A stretch of 64,000 nucleotides of DNA, taken from positions 5,226 through 69,225 of the forward strand of contig CAZWQF010000003.1 in the NCBI GenBank assembly GCA_964636285.1, in the 5' to 3' direction. Under the pieces are notes generated by a model that did no database searches, was not told where the DNA came from, and worked only from the letters and a program-made list of their open reading frames with translations. This document shows positions 57,427 to 64,000 of the stretch, in pieces. A program made the translations under genes and the position numbers. This DNA comes from an uncultured Candidatus Saccharibacteria bacterium (GTDB lineage: Bacteria > Patescibacteriota > WWE3 > UBA101185 > 2-01-FULL-41-18). Numbering within the stretch: the stretch's first letter is position 1; every line of letters begins with the position of its first letter.

Positions 57427-58380
57427 ATGCAAACAAAAATAGAAAACGTTTCAAAAAACACAGTAAATCTTACAGTAACAGTCCCCGTTGAGAGCGTTAA
57501 GGAGGCTTACAACCATGTCTTAAAGCACTTTGCAGAGCATGCGGAAATTGCAGGCTTTAGAAAAGGCCAGGCTCCAATTGCAATGGTTGAAAAGAACGCA
57601 AAGCAGTCAGAATTAAATGGCGAAGTTGTAAACGAACTTCTCCAAAAATTCTACCCACAAGCCGTAAAAGAGCACCACTTAAGCCCAATCGGTAATCCAA
57701 AAGTAAGCATTAAAAGCTTTGATAAAGATCAGGCATTTGAGTTTGAGGCAAAAATTGCGCTTAAACCTGAGATCAAAATGGGGGACTACAGAAAAAAATT
57801 AAAGACAGCATGGGAAGAGAAAAATAAAAAGTTTAAGGAAGAAAAAGAGGCATCAGAGAAAAAAGCTAAGGAAAATGAGAAAACTGAAGAAAAGAGCGAC
57901 CAGGCCCACCACTCACATGCACACGCCCACGGAGACCATGTACATTTATCAATTGATGAGGTAATTGAGGCGATTGTGGCCGTCACTGAAGTTGAAATTT
58001 CAGAAGTGCTTATTGAAGACGAAGTGACCAGAATGCTATCTAGGCTTCTTCAGCAGGCTGAGACCCTAGGTTTAACTGTGGACCAGTACCTTTCGGCTCA
58101 AAATAAGACGATTGATGACCTTAGAAAAGAATTTGAGGGGCACGCAGACAGAAGCCTTAAAGGCGAATTTGCACTGTCAAAAGCAATTGAGCTTGAGCAA
58201 ATAAAAGTGGAGGACGAAGAAGTAACAGAGGCCATAAACGCGATAGGTGACGAAGAGGTCAGAAAAAGACTCCAGTCAGGCGTTGATAGATGGTATATTC
58301 TAAGTGTGCTGGCAAAGAACAAACTTATCAGCAAACTTGCTTCCGAGCTTGAACCAAAAGCTGAGGAAGTAAAGAAGTAA
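57427..58380 (+). CDS. tig: trigger factor (short form lacking the PPIase domain; His-rich insert)
   Basis: N-terminal ribosome-binding signature GFRKGQAP; position directly upstream of clpP; HHSHAHAHGDHVH insert; no FKBP-like segment. Confidence 0.65.
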   Translation: MQTKIENVSKNTVNLTVTVPVESVKEAYNHVLKHFAEHAEIAGFRKGQAPIAMVEKNAKQSELNGEVVNELLQKFYPQAVKEHHLSPIGNPKVSIKSFDKDQAFEFEAKIALKPEIKMGDYRKKLKTAWEEKNKKFKEEKEASEKKAKENEKTEEKSDQAHHSHAHAHGDHVHLSIDEVIEAIVAVTEVEISEVLIEDEVTRMLSRLLQQAETLGLTVDQYLSAQNKTIDDLRKEFEGHADRSLKGEFALSKAIELEQIKVEDEEVTEAINAIGDEEVRKRLQSGVDRWYILSVLAKNKLISKLASELEPKAEEVKK

Positions 58381-58401
58381 AGGCAGGTTAAAGGAGGTAA
58401 C

Positions 58402-58998
58402 ATGAGTCAACTTGTTCCTATAGTTGTAGAAAAAGATCCAAAGGGATATGAGAGATCTTATGATATCTATTCAAGACTTTTAAAGGATAGAATTGTATTT
58501 TTGCACGACGCAATTGATACTGGGGTTGCAGATACTGTAATTGCCCAGCTTCTATTCTTACAAGCTGAGAATCCAAAAGGCGATATCAAGCTTTACATCA
58601 ACAGCCCCGGTGGAAGCGTGTACGCAGGTATGGCCATATATGACACCATAAAGCATCTATCTTGCGATGTTTCAACGATTGTAGTTGGAATGGCAGCCTC
58701 AATGGCATCACTGATTTTATCAGCAGGTACAAAGGGTAAAAGGTACTGCCTTCCTAATTCGATTGTTTTGATCCACCAGCCACTAACAAGCGGTATGGAA
58801 GGACAAGCATCAGATATTGCAATACACGCAAAGGAGCTTTTAAGGCTTAAGGACCTTAGCGCTGAGGTAATATCAAAGAATACAGGTCAGAAGAAGGAAA
58901 AAGTGCTTGAAGACATGGATAGAGATTATTTTATGACTGCAGATGAAGCCAAGAAATACGGCATAATCGATGGCGTATTTGAGGAAAAAAAGAACTAA
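58402..58998 (+). CDS. clpP: ATP-dependent Clp protease proteolytic subunit
   Basis: Catalytic Ser context [11 protein letters not shown], plus His and Asp. Confidence 0.9.
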   Translation: MSQLVPIVVEKDPKGYERSYDIYSRLLKDRIVFLHDAIDTGVADTVIAQLLFLQAENPKGDIKLYINSPGGSVYAGMAIYDTIKHLSCDVSTIVVGMAASMASLILSAGTKGKRYCLPNSIVLIHQPLTSGMEGQASDIAIHAKELLRLKDLSAEVISKNTGQKKEKVLEDMDRDYFMTADEAKKYGIIDGVFEEKKN

Positions 58999-59047
58999 GC
59001 AAAATTGAAAGCTGAGCCTGTTATAGGTTATAATAGGCTCAGTTTGG

Positions 59048-59124
59048 GGGCCCTTAGCTCAGCTGGCTAGAGCGTTTCTTTGACATAGAAAAGGTCATAG
59101 GTTCAAGTCCTGTAGGGCCCACCA
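59048..59124 (+). tRNA. tRNA-Val (anticodon GAC), CCA encoded
   Basis: Acceptor GGGCCCT/AGGGCCC, D-stem GCTC/GAGC, anticodon stem TTTCT/AGAAA with loop TTGACAT, T-stem ATAGG/CCTGT. Confidence 0.85.
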
Positions 59125-59220
59125 ATAAGCTTAAAATCATATTTATAAATATGTGTATCCTATAGCATCTACTTGTTGCGAAATTTAAGGTATAATCTGA
59201 AGAAAACTAAGGAGACAAAC

Positions 59221-59367
59221 ATGAATAGGTTTGCGTCGGTTGGAGTTTGGGGGACAACATTGGTTGCCACCGGTATGTACTTTGCTGGTAGACCGATGCA
59301 GGAGATCGCCGTGCCGGTGGTTCTAACTTGCATCTTATTGATAGGGAAAAATATTGCAAATCATTGA
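59221..59367 (+). CDS. small hydrophobic peptide (48 aa)
   Basis: RBS AAGGAG 6 nt upstream of the ATG; two hydrophobic segments; GC-rich. Confidence 0.35.
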   Translation: MNRFASVGVWGTTLVATGMYFAGRPMQEIAVPVVLTCILLIGKNIANH

Positions 59368-59546
59368 CTCACTGAGACACGGCCCGGATGCAACCGCATT
59401 CGAGAAACGCTGAGCCCTAAAAAGTCTAACGTCCCGTACCTTACATTTGTAAGTCCAATTAACAATTTATTAATATCCTATAGTATTGCGCTGCGGCGAG
59501 ATTTGTCATATAATCAATGCATCAACAATCAAACAGGAGAAAAGAC

Positions 59547-59723
59547 GTGACGAATTATAGCGAAATGACGGATAAGGAGAAGGCGGAGATCGCCCTCAAA
59601 TGGTACCGAGATGTCGTCAAACCCAAATGGGGGAGCAATATCTCGGACATAGAGAAAGCCTGGAACGAGAAGAGATATGAGTATATCCTCGACCAGTTCG
59701 TTGAGGACCGAGGTAGGGGCTGA
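59547..59723 (+). CDS. small GC-rich hypothetical protein (GTG start after AGGAG; -10-like TCATATAAT upstream)
   Basis: ORF with atypical composition. The ORF track gives 59517..59723. Confidence 0.35.
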   Translation: MTNYSEMTDKEKAEIALKWYRDVVKPKWGSNISDIEKAWNEKRYEYILDQFVEDRGRG

Positions 59724-59812
59724 TACATTTTTTAATCGGGGTGGGCTCTTGAGGTATATCAACAAAATCGATATTCCAAAGAGTGCCCTCCCCCGAACTT
59801 CCAACCAACGCA

Positions 59813-60916
59813 TTAGTTCTCTTTTAAAAATATGGAAGCAATGTCAATTACAACACCTGCATCAAAGGAGCTGCTTTCTAATGACTTTTTGTAAATCTTT
59901 TGATATGGATTTCCCGCGTCATCATACTTATCATAAACGGTTTGGAACTTTAGAATTGCCTCAGAAACTTGCTTTAAAAGCTCTTCGGCCTCCTCATCAA
60001 GACCACACACTTTATACGAACCTGCAACAAGTGCCCCAAGCCAAATAAACCTGGAAGTTGGAAAACCACCAAACCCAGCCTGTGATGGAAAAGGCTTTTT
60101 AAGCCCTAGTGCAAGGTAATAATCTAAAACCTTTGTTGATAGGGTAGGGGTTGAAATTCCCCACAAAACAGCAAGCATGTTCCCATCTACAGAAAAATTC
60201 CTCATAGGAGCAAAATTCTTGTCCAAAAAATCAGCAAAGTAATCTCCAACCCAAAACCTATCTATAATCTTTGCCTTAATTTTCTGCGCCAAATCAAGAA
60301 ACTTGGTGGAGGATTCGTAGTCGTTGATGACCTTAAAAACCTCTGACATACCCAAAGCACTTTTATAATAAAGGATGTTAGTATAAAGACTGTAAGATCT
60401 TCTGTTGACTGTTGGAAGCCAACCTGCGTAGTCTCCTTCGATAAGTAAATAATCTTTTGTGTTAGATAGTTGCCAATCAAAAGCAAGCTTTAACCTATCA
60501 AGATACCTGTTAACAAACATGACATCTTTATGAACAGCCACGTAATTTGCAAAGGAAATAATTAGAAGAGCATTAGTGTCTGAGACAGGGTTCACAATAA
60601 AACTTATTCGGTTTTCAACATAAAAAGAAGATGTCTCTTCAATAGGGTCAATACTAAAAATCTTTTTTAGAACTCCACTTTTTGAAATTTTATGGGGAAT
60701 GAGACCATCATGTCTTTGGTGATGCAAAAAAAGCTCTAAATGCTTTTGCACAGGTTCAAAGTCTTCAAGTCGAACTGCGCCAAGGGATGCCCAAAAGCCA
60801 TTTCTTGCAATGTATTCGTTTGGCTTTACTGGAGTTGCCAAGATTCCTTTTGCTCCGTAGCACTTTCTGAGTGAGTTTTTGGCAGTGGCGTAGGCAGTTA
60901 TAACACTAGAGTCCAT
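59813..60916 (-). CDS. hypothetical protein, possibly an (alpha/alpha)6-barrel glycoside hydrolase-like
   Basis: Helix-rich, aromatic-rich sequence; no catalytic motif verified. Confidence 0.35.
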   Translation of the reverse strand: MDSSVITAYATAKNSLRKCYGAKGILATPVKPNEYIARNGFWASLGAVRLEDFEPVQKHLELFLHHQRHDGLIPHKISKSGVLKKIFSIDPIEETSSFYVENRISFIVNPVSDTNALLIISFANYVAVHKDVMFVNRYLDRLKLAFDWQLSNTKDYLLIEGDYAGWLPTVNRRSYSLYTNILYYKSALGMSEVFKVINDYESSTKFLDLAQKIKAKIIDRFWVGDYFADFLDKNFAPMRNFSVDGNMLAVLWGISTPTLSTKVLDYYLALGLKKPFPSQAGFGGFPTSRFIWLGALVAGSYKVCGLDEEAEELLKQVSEAILKFQTVYDKYDDAGNPYQKIYKKSLESSSFDAGVVIDIASIFLKEN

Positions 60917-61625
60917 TTGTTAGGTCAATCTCTTTGAGACTTACTCCTTTTGAATCCTCAAATAATATCTTATTTTCATCAAGCTTTATCTGCTTGTAGT
61001 TATCTATTCCTGTTAACTCCATGTCTAAAGACTGACCCGCTTGAGTTTGAAGATTATAGCCCGCGTCAACATTAAACGGGTTAAAAGTATAAATTTTGGC
61101 TAAATTGTAAGCGGAAACCGAATAAGAGTACTGAATTTTTTGACTTGCTACTTTTTGTGGCAACTGTGTTCTATAAATTATGAAGGCTATTTTATTTGGT
61201 AGAATTCCAAGCTTAATTACTTCTGACGATCTGGAAAAAGTTTTGAGAGTGTAAGGAATTAAGTCTTTGTTTTCAATCGAGAAAACTTTTACTACAGATA
61301 AAGTAGTAAGAGCCTCAGTATCGTTTAAAACATCAAGGTAAATAAAGAAATCTTTTGTTTTTGAAAGAAAAAGGAAGTCTTTTACATAGCTTTCCGGGCA
61401 TGGGCTATTATAGTTAGTTGTAAGAGGTAACTTCTTAACGCCAAGGTCTAATGTAAACGAACAAGTACTTGCATCAAGAAGATAGGAATTAACCTGCTTT
61501 GGAGTTGTTTTCTCTATTTGATCGATAACTTTTTGAACATTTTCAGGGGAATCTTTAAGGTACGCAAAAAGAAATATTGAAAATACGGCAATAATGACCG
61601 AAAGGAGCAGTGTTTTTGGTCTCAT
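60906..61625 (-). CDS. secreted/anchored hypothetical protein
   Basis: N-terminal TM/signal helix LLLSVIIAVFSIFLFAYL. Confidence 0.45.
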   Translation of the reverse strand: MRPKTLLLSVIIAVFSIFLFAYLKDSPENVQKVIDQIEKTTPKQVNSYLLDASTCSFTLDLGVKKLPLTTNYNSPCPESYVKDFLFLSKTKDFFIYLDVLNDTEALTTLSVVKVFSIENKDLIPYTLKTFSRSSEVIKLGILPNKIAFIIYRTQLPQKVASQKIQYSYSVSAYNLAKIYTFNPFNVDAGYNLQTQAGQSLDMELTGIDNYKQIKLDENKILFEDSKGVSLKEIDLTNGL

Positions 61626-61646
61626 TAATATTATGATAGCACCATT

Positions 61647-62354
61647 TTAGAGGTTTTCCAGATTCTCTAGTTTTATGGAGTTCTCAACCAGAAAGTCACC
61701 AACTCTGGTTCTTGTAAGTGCGGATAGAGTAGCAGGGACTCCAAGCTTTTCGCCAAGGTCAAAAGCCAACGATCTAATGTATGTGCCTGATCCACATTCG
61801 ACTTTTATTGTTGCTACGGGTACTTGGCAGTTTACCTTATCAATATATTCCAAGTTCAGGTTAAGAAGCGTGATTTTATGGATCTTAATTTTTTTGACTG
61901 GAATTTCAACGGTGTCAGATTTACCTGATCTAGCAAGGTCGTAGAGTCTTTTCCCAGAGATTTTTACTGCGGAATAGGCTGGCACTTTTTGAAGTATATC
62001 GCCTTCAAAAGTTTGAAGGGTAGCTTTTAAACTTTGTGAAAGTAATGCAAGATTCTGAGATGTTAGCTCAGGGTTTTCAAGATCTGGAAGTTTTGAGATA
62101 AATTCGCCCTCTAAATCATATGTTACCGTGGAGAAACCAAATGCTATTTTTGCAACATATTCTTTGTCTTGATGCATAAAGGTGTCCTGCTGTTTTGTCA
62201 TTTTTCCTGTTAAGACGATTAGAACTCCATCTGCTAGGGGATCAAGTGTTCCTGCATGACCCACTTTTTTAACACCAAGCTTTCTTCTAATCTCCCCCAC
62301 AACAGAAAATGAAGTTCTACCCAGAGGCTTATAAATGTTTAAAACTGAATCCAC
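61647..62354 (-). CDS. truB: tRNA pseudouridine(55) synthase TruB
   Basis: Catalytic Asp motif VGHAGTLDPLADGVLIV. Confidence 0.85.
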   Translation of the reverse strand: MDSVLNIYKPLGRTSFSVVGEIRRKLGVKKVGHAGTLDPLADGVLIVLTGKMTKQQDTFMHQDKEYVAKIAFGFSTVTYDLEGEFISKLPDLENPELTSQNLALLSQSLKATLQTFEGDILQKVPAYSAVKISGKRLYDLARSGKSDTVEIPVKKIKIHKITLLNLNLEYIDKVNCQVPVATIKVECGSGTYIRSLAFDLGEKLGVPATLSALTRTRVGDFLVENSIKLENLENL

Positions 62355-63114
62355 GCTATCAATGTATAATGTAGCAATGAAAAATAAAAGTGAGGTAATT
62401 GAAAGTGTAAAAAAATGGATTGAGAACGAAAATTATGCATCAGTGGTAATCTATGGCTCATTTACAAGCGAACAGTGGAAAAACTCGGATGTTGATTTAT
62501 TTGTTATCACTTTTACTGAGGAACTTCCAAAACCTCACACAAGTAAGATTGAGATTGATGGAATACAGTTTGATGTGACATTTATCTCAACAAGTCAGTT
62601 TATTTCAATGGTTAAAGGGCAGGTTAGAAGCCACAGTTTTAAGCCCCAGCTTGTTGATTCAATAATTGTTTTTGATAAAACGAATAGAATAGCTGCGCTA
62701 AAGGAAGATGTTTCTAAAGAAGCTTCTCCGGCTAAGAAGGATTTATTGGACTTTTTTACCGTGAGGTATTCGCTGCGTGACGCTACAGAAGGAATTGAGA
62801 AAAACCTGAAAGATGATCCTGCGACTTCTTTACTTCTAATGCATACTAGTTTGGAGATTTTGATTAAGTTTTTTTACAGATTAAATGAAAAGTGGCAGGT
62901 CCCTGCAAAAAATACTTTGGCAGAATTGGAGGAGTGGGGCGGAGATTTTGGAAAGCATATAAAAGCGCTGATTTCAGAAAACAATGTTGAAAAAAAGTTT
63001 GGGATCTGGAATAAACTTCTTGAGATGATTGAGGATCAGATGAAAACCGGGAATAAAACTTTACAATGTGATTGTAGTAAATGCCAAGAAAACCTCAAGT
63101 CTTTAGTAAAGTAA
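62335..63114 (+). CDS. nucleotidyltransferase-domain protein (KNTase/ANT(4')-like fold)
   Basis: VVIYGSFTSEQWKNSDVDLFVI (GS ... D.D) with a helical C-terminal domain. Confidence 0.5.
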   Translation: MFKTESTLSMYNVAMKNKSEVIESVKKWIENENYASVVIYGSFTSEQWKNSDVDLFVITFTEELPKPHTSKIEIDGIQFDVTFISTSQFISMVKGQVRSHSFKPQLVDSIIVFDKTNRIAALKEDVSKEASPAKKDLLDFFTVRYSLRDATEGIEKNLKDDPATSLLLMHTSLEILIKFFYRLNEKWQVPAKNTLAELEEWGGDFGKHIKALISENNVEKKFGIWNKLLEMIEDQMKTGNKTLQCDCSKCQENLKSLVK

Positions 63115-63118
63115 TTCA

Positions 63119-63901
63119 ATGACTCGAGAGAACATTGTCACAAATCAAAATATTGCATATACGGTGTGCTTCACCGAGAGCTTTGCAAACTTTGAGCATT
63201 ACTCTGTCATAGGGTACCCTGGTGTACCATTCCACATTTTAGGATCAGCCCACATAAGAAATTGTCAAAATGAGGATATTATTCAAAGTTCAATTAAAGT
63301 TGTTGATGATTATTTTTCAAAATTCGAATCCGAAACGAATATCTCGGTTCTAGATGATAACTTTAAAGCCCAAAAGCAACTTACAAATCTAGGTTTTTTA
63401 AGAGCTGAGAAAAAGGATGACACTTACTTTATATTTAATTTGGAGGGCACTCTTTCTAAACTTCAAAACCTAAAGAGCAGGTATGTTGTGAGTAGGATCA
63501 CAAACGAACGAGAGTTTAATTCGTTTTTTGATAAAAATTCCCATTCCAATAGTGAGAGTTTTATGAAAAAACTAAAAAGGGCTTTTGCTCAAACCAAAAT
63601 CCCTTACATACACTTAGCTGTGGCTGATTCGGGCAAATTGGTAGGTTTTGCTTCTGTTGCAATAATTGATCAAGCAGGCTTTTTCATGAGTGCCATGGTA
63701 GACAAAGACTATAGAAGACACGGGATATACACTTTACTAACGAGAGAAAGAGCTGAGGTTGCAAAAAAATATCACTGCAACTTACTCGTAATGGAAACCG
63801 CCTCAGATAACTTGGCAACAAACCAATTTGCACAAAAACTAGACCCAACAGATTCATTTAAAAGATACTTCTACCAAAAGGAGGCCAAAACACTTGCTTA
63901 G
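63119..63901 (+). CDS. GNAT-family N-acetyltransferase
   Basis: C-terminal motif A-like VDKDYRRHGIYTLL with the beta-strand pattern of GNAT folds. Confidence 0.5.
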   Translation: MTRENIVTNQNIAYTVCFTESFANFEHYSVIGYPGVPFHILGSAHIRNCQNEDIIQSSIKVVDDYFSKFESETNISVLDDNFKAQKQLTNLGFLRAEKKDDTYFIFNLEGTLSKLQNLKSRYVVSRITNEREFNSFFDKNSHSNSESFMKKLKRAFAQTKIPYIHLAVADSGKLVGFASVAIIDQAGFFMSAMVDKDYRRHGIYTLLTRERAEVAKKYHCNLLVMETASDNLATNQFAQKLDPTDSFKRYFYQKEAKTLA

Positions 63902-64000
63902 TTTAACTTTTCAGTGTACTTGTGGTACAATCCATCAGTTACAAGGCAGGGGTTAGAAGCCCTTATTTTTATGGCCTTATGGCCACGAATCCAGTAAACA

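Noticed and set aside
1-64000. Alternative genetic code (UGA or UAA reassignment) to explain the split HAD gene
   Set aside because: TGA, TAA and TAG each terminate many well-supported genes in the window (for example TGA at 3485-3487, TAA at 1293-1295 and TAG at 644-646). No other conserved gene is interrupted by stops.
1-64000. CRISPR arrays, rRNA genes, transposases/IS elements, integrase genes
   Set aside because: I found no regularly spaced direct repeats, no rRNA-like conserved blocks, and no DDE or tyrosine-recombinase motifs. The only att-like signal is the 21-nt tRNA-Gly duplicate.

Overview
This is an AT-rich (roughly mid-30s %GC by eye) bacterial chromosomal segment with short, densely packed genes on both strands. 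It uses the standard genetic code: TAA, TAG and TGA all occur as stops (for example TGA at 3485-3487). The gene content suggests a reduced-genome bacterium, possibly Patescibacteria/CPR-like; this is an inference from the many small hypothetical transmembrane proteins, GT-C-like membrane proteins and patchy biosynthesis. Recognisable housekeeping genes include dus, a DEAD-box RNA helicase, ruvC-ruvA-ruvB, tgt, an Fe/Mn superoxide dismutase, pepF, rmuC, a short Rel/SpoT protein, tig-clpP, truB, an RsmB/Sun methyltransferase, pfkA, a class-2 pyrD, nrnA and a class II photolyase. There is a MacAB/HlyD-type efflux operon, an ArsR-glutaredoxin-rhodanese operon, a Crp/Fnr regulator with a textbook CRP box, and a tandem pair of Ddl-like ATP-grasp ligases. 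I hand-folded seven tRNA genes: Gly-UCC, two sequence-distinct Pro-UGG, Arg-UCU, Leu-UAA, Leu-UAG and Val-GAC. The clearest anomaly is a set of short GC-rich islets carrying small ORFs with foreign-looking codon usage, several of them directly beside tRNA genes. The most notable is downstream of tRNA-Gly. The last 21 nt of that tRNA are repeated exactly about 170 bp downstream across a GC-rich repeat-laden spacer, which looks like a degraded integration scar. Next to it sit a PD-(D/E)xK nuclease-fold protein and a zinc-ribbon protein with a DUF4145-like C-terminus, followed by a DUF1697 protein; I rate this convergent pair as the best candidate for an undescribed defence-type module. Other points are a HAD hydrolase split by an in-frame TAA, a putative HExxH metalloprotein split by a frameshift at an A7 run, a SET-domain protein, a trigger factor without a PPIase domain, and several strong palindromes and hairpins. 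I found no CRISPR array, rRNA gene, or recognisable transposase or integrase gene.
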